A DNA stretch of 64,000 nt, taken from NCBI GenBank assembly GCA_001792215.1, contig MGGC01000033.1, forward strand, positions 2,527 to 66,526. Reading direction: 5' to 3'. The stretch's first letter is position 1; every line of letters starts with the position of its first letter. Below are positions 37,110 through 46,288 of this stretch, in pieces. The notes under the pieces were generated by a model. That model ran no database searches. It saw only the letters and a program-made list of their open reading frames with translations, and had not been told where the DNA came from. Position numbers and translations under genes: made by a program. This DNA comes from Candidatus Woesebacteria bacterium RIFCSPHIGHO2_01_FULL_38_10. GTDB taxonomy: Bacteria > Patescibacteriota > Microgenomatia > UBA8517.

Positions 37110-37570
37110 AGAATGTGACCATACCAGCGTTGGTATGATAATCAAAAGAGGAGAAGAGACACTTCTTATCGAGCGCAAGAAGCCTCCTTTTGGATTTGCC
37201 CCTCCTTGCTGGACATGTAGACAATAAAGGTTCTTTTGAAAATGCAGCCAAAGAAGAAGTTGAGGAGGAAGTAGGATTATCCCCGAAAGACATAAAACTT
37301 CTTTTGGAAGGGAGAAAGGACAATTCTTGCAGGCGGGAAGGTGGCTCTTGGCATTACTGGAAAATATACCAGGTTGATGCGGATAGAGATATAAAACGGA
37401 GTGAAGACGAAACAAAGCAAGCTGGATGGTTTAGTCTCGATCAAATAAAATCACTTGCCCAAAAAACTGAAAGATATTTAGCTGGAGAAATTCCTGAAGA
37501 AGAGTGGAAACAATCTCCTGGAATCGAACCTGTCTGGCTTGAATGGTTTAGAGAACTTGAGATGGTTTAA
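37102..37570 (+). pseudogene. Nudix hydrolase with an apparent +1 frameshift at a C-run near 37200.
   Basis: The N-terminal piece (MGKECDHTSVGMIIKRGEETLLIERKKPPFGF) is in frame 1. The Nudix box (GHVDNKGSFENAAKEEVEEEVGL) continues in frame 2 (ORF 37190..37570). The junction gcccctcc looks like a one-base-longer homopolymer. Confidence 0.55.
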
Positions 37571-37590
37571 TTTAATATAAATCAAAAACT

Positions 37591-38167
37591 ATGGCTAAGG
37601 ATGACGTTGAAATAGAAATAAAAATATCAACTGACAAAAGAACTTTTGGGAAGGTTAAGCAATACCTTAAAGAACACGCTAAGTTTATCGGTAGCTCACA
37701 GGAAATGGACAAATACTAATTCTCCCCATAGAGACTTCTTAGAGCTTAAACACCCCGAAGAATACCTCAGAATAAGGGTAAAGGGTGGCGGTGGTGCTAT
37801 AACATACAAAAAGGTTTACTTTAATGAAAAAGGTTGGAAAACCCATGCTGACGAATACGAAAGCAAGATAGATGATACGGGACAACTTGAGAAAATTTTC
37901 TCAGTTTTAAACTTTGACAATTTTTTGACAATCGACAAACAAAGAGAAAGTTACGAATTTGAGGACAGATTTGAAATCGATTTGGATATTGTGAAAGGAC
38001 TGGGGTATTTTGTTGAAATAGAGGCAATGAAAGATTTCGGCGGAAGAGACGCAACTTATGATGAAGTTGCTAACTTTGCCCAAAAATTAGGCCTGAATTC
38101 TAAAAACCAAGATAATGATGGCTATGTCCTTATGATTATGAAGAAAAAAGGATTAGCGAAAAATTAA
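37591..38167 (+). pseudogene. CYTH-domain (triphosphate tunnel metalloenzyme) protein with an apparent +1 frameshift near 37720.
   Basis: The N-terminal CYTH signature EIEIK (MAKDDVEIEIKISTDKRTFGKVK...) is in frame 1 and ends at TAA. The body continues in frame 2 (SPHRDFLELKHPEEYLRIRVKGG...FEIDLDIVKGLGYFVEIE). Confidence 0.5.
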
Positions 38168-38556
38168 AACGATTCTTCAAACTCTACTCCTATCGGACAA
38201 TGATCTGAACCCCTCACTTCTGAAAAAATAGACGCACTTGTTAATTTGGGCTTAATTTTTCGGGAGACAAAAGCATAATCTATTCTCCAGCCCAGACCTC
38301 GTTCTCGGGCGTGGGGAAAATATAACAGCCAGGTGTAATTGCCACTTTCTTGATGAAACTGTCTAAAAGTGTCAACAAAACCCAACTCTATCAACCTGTC
38401 TATTTCTTTTCTCTCTTCTGGCGTGAACATTATATTGTTTTTGTTTTGCTTCGGTCTTGCTAAGTCAACCTCTTTGTGAGCGATGTTAAAATCGCCGATT
38501 AAGATAGCCCTTTCATTTCGAACCTTACCCAAGTAGTCAAAGAGGGCAGAATACAC
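38164..38556 (-). pseudogene. xth: Exodeoxyribonuclease III (Xth), C-terminal half only; N-terminal catalytic half missing.
   Basis: 130 aa with the C-terminal ExoIII/AP-endonuclease motifs (GDFNIAH, WRIDYAFVS, GSDHCPIGVEF). The upstream DNA (38557-38648) is non-coding, then a SET-domain gene follows on the other strand. Confidence 0.65.
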
Positions 38557-38648
38557 TTGGAGTAACTGGTTATGGGCTCGAATGGGTCTGAACCGAGATA
38601 CTCAGCTCACCCTCCCAAAGACAACAACATCTTTGTTATAATCACATC

Positions 38649-39056
38649 ATGAAAAATATTCTCGCTTCAAACAACGTATATATCAGTAAATCAAGAATTC
38701 TTAATGCGGGCCGAGGGGTTTTTGCCAGACGTGATATTAAAAAAGACGAAATAATTGAAAGATGCCCTGTTATTGAAGTTCCAAAATACGATACGTCTAA
38801 TTTAAGAGAAAGTATTCTTGTTACTTATTTCTTTTATTTCGGAAAAAATAAGCAACGTTTAGCAATTGCCTTGGGTTTTGGATCAATATATAACCATACT
38901 TATAAACCAAACGCAAGATTCAAGACAAAACAAAAAGATATGATAATTGATTTTATTGCCTTAAATGATATTAAAAAAGACGATGAGATAACATTTAATT
39001 ACTACAATCGTAGTAAACCCAAAGACAAGAAAAGTCCATTATGGTTTGAAGTGTGA
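38649..39056 (+). CDS. SET-domain protein (putative lysine methyltransferase).
   Basis: 135 aa with GRGVFA, the NH-xx-PN motif (YNHTYKPNARF) and an ELTFDY-like motif (DDEITFNYY). Confidence 0.7.
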   Translation: MKNILASNNVYISKSRILNAGRGVFARRDIKKDEIIERCPVIEVPKYDTSNLRESILVTYFFYFGKNKQRLAIALGFGSIYNHTYKPNARFKTKQKDMIIDFIALNDIKKDDEITFNYYNRSKPKDKKSPLWFEV

Positions 39057-39090
39057 AATTGCCTACAGAATAATCAGGTACTAGAGCGGT

Positions 39091-39507
39091 ATGCCCAATC
39101 ATTATCACTTGCTGGTTAAACAGCTTGAAGATAGCGGAGTGAGGAAATTCATATCAAATTTTCAAAATGGATTTGCTAAGTTTTTTAATATTTGAAATAA
39201 AAGACCTGGTCCTTTATTCCAACGACCATTTAAGGCAAAACATCTTTCAAAAGATGAGGAATTTTTGCATGTGTCAAGATATATTCACTTAAACCCTGCG
39301 ACTTCTTTTGAAATGTCTTTAGATAATCTGAAAAATTTAAATATTACTTCACTACCTTTTTATATGAACAATATCCAAAATAACATGATAAAAATTGAAC
39401 CGATCTTAAAATTAATTGGTTCTCCTGAAAAATATTGGCAGTTTTTAGAAAATCAGTTGGATTATCAAAGAAAATTAAATAAAATAAAACATCTAATATT
39501 GGATTAA
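39091..39507 (+). pseudogene. Degenerate IS200/IS605-like (COG1943, Y1 HUH) transposase/RAYT remnant, N-terminally truncated with an in-frame TGA.
   Basis: HuH motif MPNHYHLLV, then GPLFQRPF...EEFLHVSRYIHLNP (catalytic Tyr region). In-frame TGA at 39193-39195. About 60 aa that normally precede the HuH motif are missing. Confidence 0.55.
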
Positions 39508-39861
39508 TTAAAGTAAAGAGAGTTGTGTACGCATATAACACCCGAAGGGTGATTTTTTTAATAATTTCAGTATTTGTCTAACTAAAGAAACTTTTTTAAC
39601 AACCTTTCTCTTCAGAGGTTTTTCCAACCAGACCGAAAGAATGAGCCATTTTCCCTTATCGTTCTTCTTTACTACAACTTCTATCTCTTGATTTGCAAAA
39701 GTACGCTGATAAACCCAAACCCCTTTCAAACTTTCATATCTTGATTTATCGGGAAACCTCCAAGTTGCCCAAACATCGCCTTGTTTTATTCCCCGCTCGC
39801 GCATGCGTTTAATAGCATGCTTAGTAAAAATTAAACCTTTATATTCATTTTGCATTGTCAA
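39508..39861 (-). CDS. DUF4258-like small protein (toxin-like).
   Basis: 117 aa. FTKHAIKRMRERGIKQGDV matches the conserved H..eRM.eRgI core of DUF4258. The gene overlaps its upstream partner by 4 nt. Confidence 0.45.
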   Translation of the reverse strand: MTMQNEYKGLIFTKHAIKRMRERGIKQGDVWATWRFPDKSRYESLKGVWVYQRTFANQEIEVVVKKNDKGKWLILSVWLEKPLKRKVVKKVSLVRQILKLLKKSPFGCYMRTQLSLL

Positions 39862-40184
39862 CCTTTTCTGAAGATCTCCTGAAGAATCTCTTGGGAAAAA
39901 ACTTTAGTTTCCTTTTTTATTAAATCTTCGATATCATCTTCAACCAATTCTTCAATAAATTGGAGAATCTTTTCATCATATGGACATTCATAAAACAGAG
40001 ATAAAAATTGATGATGATGTTCTTTGGGTAGTCTATCTAAAATACACCCCAATACTCTATGATGAACCATCTCGTCAATAATCTGCCAAATTTCTTCTTT
40101 TTCTTCAGGGGTTTCTGTAATTTTACTTATCTCCCTTTCAAGATTATCCAAAGTTATTAAATGATCGTAAAAAAGCTTCGACAT
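39858..40184 (-). CDS. Hypothetical acidic protein (108 aa), possible partner (antitoxin?) of the DUF4258-like gene.
   Basis: ORF translationally coupled to 39508..39861. Confidence 0.4.
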   Translation of the reverse strand: MSKLFYDHLITLDNLEREISKITETPEEKEEIWQIIDEMVHHRVLGCILDRLPKEHHHQFLSLFYECPYDEKILQFIEELVEDDIEDLIKKETKVFSQEILQEIFRKG

Positions 40185-40185
40185 A

Positions 40186-41133
40186 CTAGTTATTCAACTT
40201 AGGCACGATATTTTCATTATACTCGATAGGTCCTAAGGAAATTTTATTTTCCGGATCATCTACAAAAAAAAGTACAACTAGCCCTTTTTTATACGTCGGT
40301 CCCCCCAAATAATCCATCACTTCCGGACTGCCACCAAAGTGCTTTCCAGTCCAGGCAGCTGGGCCTGAATCGGCAACGGCGGCAACAACTACCTTTCCAT
40401 TTAGGGTATCTACAATTAAAACTTTTCTATACTTGTACCAGTCTCTTAAATATCTGGTTCTTATATTCCAGTCAGGCAGATAAAGTGTTTGCACTACCGC
40501 ATACCATTTTTCTATATCAATCAAATCCCTCGTGAGATCTTCTTTTAAAAAAGCAAAATACCCCCAGGCTCCAAGACCTGGCGCCATTCCTTCCTCTAAT
40601 ATCTCTTTTCCATGTTCATAAAGACTATCTCCGGGAAAACGTCTTAAATGCTGCTCAGCTCCAATATAACCATAAGTGGTATTTAAGTGTTCTCCTTCTA
40701 AACTCGCTTTTGACTTAACTCCAATTATATTTTGGAAAACTTGTTCTAGGAACTTTTCTTCTTGATATGTTAAAGGTCTTGGCCTCTCAGGCAGAAGGGA
40801 TTTTAGTATTTGAACGATTAAACCTTCATTCTGTCCCCTCTCAGAAATTTTTTTCTGGGCTTTGAATTTTTCAAAGAGTTCATGTGGAGGAAGGAGAGAC
40901 TTAATGTTGGTTGGAGGGTTCAGAAGAAGTGTCCCTGCAATTGCTCCTGCTCCTAGAATTCTTGCCGAGTGTTGTCTTACTTTTCCAGGATCAATTCCTT
41001 TACTTTTAAAAAACTTTTCAACATGGGGATGAATTTGGGAAAGCCTTCGTCTAGCTTCAAGGTGTTTAAGTTTCAGTTTTTGACGAACCGTCTCAGCTGT
41101 CAACTTTCTTTTTGTTTTTTTTCGGGCAGACAT
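40186..41133 (-). CDS. Hypothetical protein, basic N-terminus, possible C-terminal RlpA/3D-like (double-psi beta-barrel) domain.
   Basis: 315 aa. The C-terminal AVADSGPAAWTGKHFGGSPEVMDYLG weakly resembles DPBB lytic-transglycosylase-like cores. Confidence 0.4.
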   Translation of the reverse strand: MSARKKTKRKLTAETVRQKLKLKHLEARRRLSQIHPHVEKFFKSKGIDPGKVRQHSARILGAGAIAGTLLLNPPTNIKSLLPPHELFEKFKAQKKISERGQNEGLIVQILKSLLPERPRPLTYQEEKFLEQVFQNIIGVKSKASLEGEHLNTTYGYIGAEQHLRRFPGDSLYEHGKEILEEGMAPGLGAWGYFAFLKEDLTRDLIDIEKWYAVVQTLYLPDWNIRTRYLRDWYKYRKVLIVDTLNGKVVVAAVADSGPAAWTGKHFGGSPEVMDYLGGPTYKKGLVVLFFVDDPENKISLGPIEYNENIVPKLNN

Positions 41134-41142
41134 TACAGAAAT

Positions 41143-42498
41143 TTAAGGTTGTAAAACAAATTTGAGCCTTCTTAAAGTTTTAAGTTTCCCCAAAATCACA
41201 ATTGATTCATTTATAGGAGGAGTTACCCTACTTCCGGTTATAGCAACCCTCAAATCCATAAAAAAACTTCCTGTTTCAAAACCTTTATCCTTAATCAAAC
41301 CCGTCAAAACACTATTAATCTGGTCTAAATTCCACTCCCTCAGTTTTTTCAAAATCGTAATTGCCTCCTTTAAATGGACTGAAGCATTTTTTCCTAATAA
41401 TTTCTGCTTAACTTTAGGTTTTTCAAAGAAAAAGCCTGCAAGCGTCCCTATCTCTGAAACTTTCGTCAATCTTTCTTTGACAAGAGGAGTAATTCTCAAA
41501 AGTGTTTTATAATCCACATTTTTAGGTAGAAATTCCAGAAAAAGTTTCGCCAACTCTTTATCGGTTTTCTGTCTTATATAGTATCCGTTAAACCAATCAA
41601 GTTTTGCTCTATCAAAAATTGGATTGGACTTCTGAAAACCTCTGGGATCAAAAATCTTTACAAATTCCCCAAGGCTAAAAATTTCCCTATTATCCTTTGG
41701 GGCCCAACCTAAAAGAATAACATAATTAAGAATCGCCTCAGGTAAATAGCCATCGCCAATCATCACTTCACACGAGACGCTCCCTTTTCTTTTAGACAAT
41801 TTTCCTCCATCAGGGTCTAATATGTCTGTTAAGTGTCCAACCTCAGGCCTTTTATAACCAAGATATTTATAAACCAGAAGGTGTATCGGAGTTGACGGCA
41901 TCCAATCGTGCCCGCGGAGTACGTGCGTAATTCCCATAGCGTGATCATCTACAACAACTGCTAAATGATAAGTCGGAAGATTGCTAAATTCCTCTGACTT
42001 CAATAATGTCGTATCGGCGACCAAATCGGTTTTCCAAAAAATCTCTTTATTAATAATAAAATCGTGATAACCGAGAACTTCATTGTCAGGAACTTTCAAC
42101 TTAATAGCTCCAGTCTCATAGTCTTTACTTCTACACGGATCACGAAGAATATTTGAATAGCCTTCGCTTTTCGGATTCTTGGGTTTACATCTGCAGTAAA
42201 AAGCATTACCTGACTCAATCAATCTTTTAGCTTCTTTAAGGTATATTCCTTGTTTTGCCCTTTCAGTTTGAACATAATATTCATCCCATTTCAAACCAGA
42301 TTTGATTAAAGAGTTTTTGAGGTTTTCAACCGATCCCGTAACCAGCCTTTTTTGGTCGGTATCTTCTATTCTTAAGACAAATTTCCCACCACTTTTTTTT
42401 GCTAAGGCATATGAATAGATAGCGGTTCGCAATCCTCCTATGTGGAGCAATCCTGTCGGAGAAGGCGCAAAGCGGGTTTTTACTTTTGACATCTTCAA
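41143..42498 (-). CDS. gltX: Glutamyl-tRNA synthetase.
   Basis: 451 aa. HIGH region FAPSPTGLLHIGGLRTA, a KMSKS-like LSKRKGS, and an anticodon-binding C-domain. Confidence 0.9.
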   Translation of the reverse strand: MKMSKVKTRFAPSPTGLLHIGGLRTAIYSYALAKKSGGKFVLRIEDTDQKRLVTGSVENLKNSLIKSGLKWDEYYVQTERAKQGIYLKEAKRLIESGNAFYCRCKPKNPKSEGYSNILRDPCRSKDYETGAIKLKVPDNEVLGYHDFIINKEIFWKTDLVADTTLLKSEEFSNLPTYHLAVVVDDHAMGITHVLRGHDWMPSTPIHLLVYKYLGYKRPEVGHLTDILDPDGGKLSKRKGSVSCEVMIGDGYLPEAILNYVILLGWAPKDNREIFSLGEFVKIFDPRGFQKSNPIFDRAKLDWFNGYYIRQKTDKELAKLFLEFLPKNVDYKTLLRITPLVKERLTKVSEIGTLAGFFFEKPKVKQKLLGKNASVHLKEAITILKKLREWNLDQINSVLTGLIKDKGFETGSFFMDLRVAITGSRVTPPINESIVILGKLKTLRRLKFVLQP

Positions 42499-42600
42499 CT
42501 AAATTTTACCACCAAAGGACTCTTTTATCATTTGCCATTTTACGAACAGTTTACATGCTTGTAGCGAATTCAAGTAAGATGGGTATATAATTATTTTGCT

Positions 42601-43662
42601 ATGGCTTCTTTAACCGAAACAGCGATTGTCTCACGAAAGGCTATAAAGTACACAGTTCTTCTGATCATCATTATTGTTGTTGCCAGACTTGCCTTTAAAG
42701 GCGGTGTTTCTGTCTATAAGCGCCTTTTCCCACCCAAACCACCCAAACCCACAGTCTCCTTTGGAAAACTTCCTTCCATTCCCTTTCCTCCTAAAAACCA
42801 ACCTGAAAACTTAAGTTATAGCCTTGAAACCACCTCAGGTCGTTTACCTGAATTTCCTCAACAAGTTGAGGTTTATTTCATGCCTCCAACAGCCACCAAC
42901 ATTCAGGCACTAGAACAAGCAAAACATAAGGCAAGTGCTCTGGGATTCAGTTCAGAAGGAAAACTTATTATTGAAAATGTCCAAAACGTTTATCTTTTTC
43001 CCAAAGCAAGAACTCCTTCCAATTTAACCATGAACATCATTACTGGAATTTTTTCCATAAATTATGATCTCCGATCCAACCCAAGAATCACCGAGGGAGT
43101 GCCACCGTCTCCAGAATCTCTGGAGAAAAAAGCTATGTCTTTGCTCTCCAAAGCTGGTTATCTTGATACGGATTTAAAAGAAAGCATTGTAACCCGAAAA
43201 CTTTTAAAAGCCGAAGGCGAAAATTTTGTTTCGGTAAGCTCTCTTTCTGAGTCGAATTTGGTCAAAATAAATTTATTTAGAAAAAATTTGGGCAGTAAAA
43301 AGGATATTCCTTCTGTCACACCTGACATGCCAGAAGCAAATGTTTGGTTTCTCTTCGCCGGATCTAAAGGAGAAATAATCGCCGCTGAATATCATCATTA
43401 TCCCAGAGATGAAAAACAATCATCCACCTACCCTTTAAAAACGGCTGAACTAGCCTGGCAGGAATTAAATTCTGGCAAAGCCTATATTGCTAACTTAGGC
43501 GAAAACAAATCTGAAAAGATAGCAATTAGAAATGTTCATCTTGCTTACTTTGATGCAGGTCTATATACAGAGTATTTTCAACCAGTTGTAGTTTTTCAAG
43601 GAGATAACGATTTTTATGCCTTTGTTCCGGCTGTAACTGAGGAATATTTAGCCAAAAAGTAA
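42601..43662 (+). CDS. Hypothetical membrane-anchored protein.
   Basis: 353 aa with an N-terminal TM segment (VLLIIIIVVARLAF). No motif recognised. Confidence 0.5.
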   Translation: MASLTETAIVSRKAIKYTVLLIIIIVVARLAFKGGVSVYKRLFPPKPPKPTVSFGKLPSIPFPPKNQPENLSYSLETTSGRLPEFPQQVEVYFMPPTATNIQALEQAKHKASALGFSSEGKLIIENVQNVYLFPKARTPSNLTMNIITGIFSINYDLRSNPRITEGVPPSPESLEKKAMSLLSKAGYLDTDLKESIVTRKLLKAEGENFVSVSSLSESNLVKINLFRKNLGSKKDIPSVTPDMPEANVWFLFAGSKGEIIAAEYHHYPRDEKQSSTYPLKTAELAWQELNSGKAYIANLGENKSEKIAIRNVHLAYFDAGLYTEYFQPVVVFQGDNDFYAFVPAVTEEYLAKK

Positions 43663-43668
43663 GTATTC

Positions 43669-44592
43669 TCACTCATCTTTCCTTACTCTCTTCCACTCAT
43701 AATTTTTAAAAATCCAGTCAATAAGTTTTCTTGTTTCCCCAAATCTATCCTCACTCCCCAGAACCGCAATCATTATTTTCCTGTCACCCCTCTCAACATA
43801 AGTAACCAGATTTTCTCTGGCATTTTCAGTCCAACCGGTTTTTACTCCCAAAACTCCTTCCACTTCACCCACAAGCTCATTGAGATTCCTTAAGCCATGG
43901 ACAACCTTACCATCTTCACTTGTTACCACCATCTTTTTGCTGGCAACGGTTTTTTTAAAAAAGGGTCTCTGCATAGCAACAGCCGATATAAAAACAAGAT
44001 CTCTTGCAGTTGTCAGATGATTATCTCCATCCAAACCTGTCGGGTTTTTGAAAGAACTACTCGTCAATTCCAAATTTTTCACCTTGTCATTCATTGCCTC
44101 AATAAAAGCATTCCTCCCTCCCGGATAATTTTCTGCCAAAACCTCAGCTGCATCATTGGCACTGGCAATTAAAAGTCCAGACAAAAGATTTTTAACTGAA
44201 ATTTTTTCCCCCTCAACAAGGTGCATTTTTTGCCCCTCGATATTTATTTTACCCACAGTCAAAATTTTCTCCATTGGATACTTGTCCATTGAAACCAACG
44301 CAGTAACAATTTTGGTTGTTGAAGCTGGCAAAAGGGGAGTGTCTGAATTTGCATCGAAAAGAATTTTTCCTGAGGGTAAATCGCTGGCCATAATCGATTG
44401 GGCAGATAACTCCGGAAAGACAAAACTTTCTTTCAAAAAAGGAACCTGAGCATAATAAACTTTTCTTTGACCCTCTTTGGTTGTCGGAGTTGATAACTTA
44501 TAAGATTTATCAGTTTTTTTAAATTCACTCAGCTTCAGAGAGAAAGTTGATATTAAGATAAAGGTAGTTATCAAAAGGTAAAAGAACTTCAT
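43669..44592 (-). CDS. D-alanyl-D-alanine carboxypeptidase (S11 peptidase, PBP5/6-like).
   Basis: 307 aa with a signal peptide. SxxK (ASTTKIVT), SxN (SANDAAEV) and KTG (KTGWTE) motifs. Confidence 0.8.
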   Translation of the reverse strand: MKFFYLLITTFILISTFSLKLSEFKKTDKSYKLSTPTTKEGQRKVYYAQVPFLKESFVFPELSAQSIMASDLPSGKILFDANSDTPLLPASTTKIVTALVSMDKYPMEKILTVGKINIEGQKMHLVEGEKISVKNLLSGLLIASANDAAEVLAENYPGGRNAFIEAMNDKVKNLELTSSSFKNPTGLDGDNHLTTARDLVFISAVAMQRPFFKKTVASKKMVVTSEDGKVVHGLRNLNELVGEVEGVLGVKTGWTENARENLVTYVERGDRKIMIAVLGSEDRFGETRKLIDWIFKNYEWKRVRKDE

Positions 44593-44788
44593 GAAAGATG
44601 ACCTTTAAGAATAATTCAAAGTTTAGAGTCCAAAAGGAAAAATTACAACAGGAGGTAATTGCCCGAGATTTCTAAAGATTAATCGCTACACCCAAAATAC
44701 TATTTTTAGAGTTGCAAACCAGAGTATTTTGGGTTCATAATTGTTTAACGAGATTCATAAACTCGAGTTAAACAAGTATATCAACAAT

Positions 44789-46189
44789 TTAAGACTTTTG
44801 GGAAATTGATACTTCTATTCCCAACTCCTTAAGCTGCTCTTCAGTTGCCTGATTGGGAGCACTCATTACCGAAGTCAACCCTCCGGCTGTCATCGGAAAG
44901 GCAATAACTTCCCGAAGACTTGGCTCTCCCATTACAGCCATTAAAAATCTGTCAATCCCTGGAGCAATTCCGCCGTGCGGCGGCACACCATATTTGAAAG
45001 CATCAAGCATGTGTTTAAACTTTCCTTTTTGCTTGTCAGTAAACCCAATAAGCCCAAAAACCTTCGCTTGAACTTCTGGCTGGTGGATTCTTACACTTCC
45101 TCCTCCAACTTCATAACCATTTAAAACCATATCATGCTGAAGTCCTCTTACTTTTAGAGGATCTTTATTAAGTAAACTGACATCATCCGGATGGGGAGCT
45201 GTAAACATATGGTGTGACGGAGCAAATTTGGCTGATCCTGATCCGTGATAAAAATCTTCCTTTACTTGTTTACTGAAAAGCGGAAAGTTGACAATCCAAG
45301 CAAAGGCAAGTTCATCTTTATCATTTTCATCTTTTCTTAAGTCAGGTTTATCCGATCCATATTTTTCCAGAGCCTCTTTATGAGATATTCTTGGCCAGGG
45401 AACTTTGGCAATTTTCTTCTCAGGAAATATTTTCTTGACCAAACTTGTAAAAAGCTCCTCGCTGAGTGCCAAAATATCCTCCTGAGTCACAAAACTCATC
45501 TCAAGATCCAGTTGGGTAAACTCTCCGTAAGCTCGATCAGCTCTTGGATCCTCATCCCGAAAACATCTGGCTATTTGGAAATATCTCTCAAATCCGGCTA
45601 CCATCAGAAGTTGTTTGTACTGTTGGGGAGACTGGGGGAGGGCATAAAATTTTCCCGGCTGCAAGCGTGAAGGAACGATAAAGTCCCGTGCTCCTTCCGG
45701 AGTTGTTTTGGTCAAAATTGGAGTTTCAATCTCAACAAAATCACGTTCAAACAGCCAGTTTCGGATAAATTGAACCGCTTTTGAGCGAAGCCTCAAATTC
45801 TTCGCCATTCGAGTTCGGCGAAGATCCAAATATCTGTATTTTAAACGCGTACTTTCTTCAATCTCCAATCCGTCTGAATCAAGTGGAAAAGGAACTTCTC
45901 CGGCTCGCGAGAGAGTCACTAAACTTTCAATTTCAACCTCAACCTTACCTGTTTCCAAATTTGGGTTTACTAAGTTTTCGGGACGCTTTTTGACTTCACC
46001 GATTATCTCAACAACCGACTCATTTGCCATTTTTGCCAAATCTCTGCCCACACACTGAACAATCCCTGATCTGTCGCGAAGGTCAATAAAGGTGATTTTC
46101 CCATGATCCCGGAGTGTATCAACCCAACCTTTTAGCAAAACCTTCCTGCCAACTTTATTAAGCGTCTTTCTTGCCAAAGTTCTTTGCAT
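44789..46189 (-). CDS. aspS: Aspartyl-tRNA synthetase (compact form).
   Basis: 466 aa. Class II motifs FRDEDPRADR and GGGSVRIH...GIAPGIDRFLM, and an OB-fold N-terminus. Shorter than typical bacterial AspRS. Confidence 0.88.
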   Translation of the reverse strand: MQRTLARKTLNKVGRKVLLKGWVDTLRDHGKITFIDLRDRSGIVQCVGRDLAKMANESVVEIIGEVKKRPENLVNPNLETGKVEVEIESLVTLSRAGEVPFPLDSDGLEIEESTRLKYRYLDLRRTRMAKNLRLRSKAVQFIRNWLFERDFVEIETPILTKTTPEGARDFIVPSRLQPGKFYALPQSPQQYKQLLMVAGFERYFQIARCFRDEDPRADRAYGEFTQLDLEMSFVTQEDILALSEELFTSLVKKIFPEKKIAKVPWPRISHKEALEKYGSDKPDLRKDENDKDELAFAWIVNFPLFSKQVKEDFYHGSGSAKFAPSHHMFTAPHPDDVSLLNKDPLKVRGLQHDMVLNGYEVGGGSVRIHQPEVQAKVFGLIGFTDKQKGKFKHMLDAFKYGVPPHGGIAPGIDRFLMAVMGEPSLREVIAFPMTAGGLTSVMSAPNQATEEQLKELGIEVSISQKS

Positions 46190-46288
46190 AAGTGAAATTC
46201 TTTCTTTCCTACTTTCCTAAGCGCTATTCTACTTTAACTAACTCCTTCTTGACAAGCACAAGGGGAAATTCTGTATAATATCCCTCGT

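Larger units (their letters stand above)
19699..39507. mobile_element. Putative integrated element / defence island anchored at tRNA-Gln with a serine recombinase. The right boundary is uncertain.
   Basis: Left end: tRNA-Gln 3' half overlapped by the recombinase C-terminus. Contents: phage/plasmid-like small genes, repeats, type III R-M, PHP-ATPase, duplicated Xis-like HTH genes, decayed nucleotide-metabolism genes, truncated xth and an IS200-like remnant. GC content in several sub-blocks is visibly higher than in the flanking housekeeping genes. Alternative right ends near 24.2 kb or 35.5 kb cannot be excluded. Confidence 0.3.

Noticed and set aside
37646-38167. The ORF-track start (TTG at 37646) as the true CYTH start.
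   Set aside because: The hallmark N-terminal EIEIK CYTH motif lies upstream in another frame (ATG 37591). A frameshifted gene explains the data better than a TTG start.
39193-39195. In-frame TGA in the IS200-like ORF raised the possibility of genetic code 25 (UGA=Gly), as in Gracilibacteria/SR1.
   Set aside because: The window contains many long, well-conserved ORFs (e.g. 954, 818 and 773 aa) that are uninterrupted in the standard code, and TGA is used as a normal stop. So the TGA is a nonsense mutation in a pseudogene.
19699-39507. Searched downstream for a direct repeat of the tRNA-Gln 3' end (CGAATCGTGGCTGGGCAGCCA) to fix the right attachment site.
   Set aside because: No convincing copy was found by eye. 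Serine recombinases need only a 2-bp crossover, so the absence is uninformative and the island end stays undetermined.
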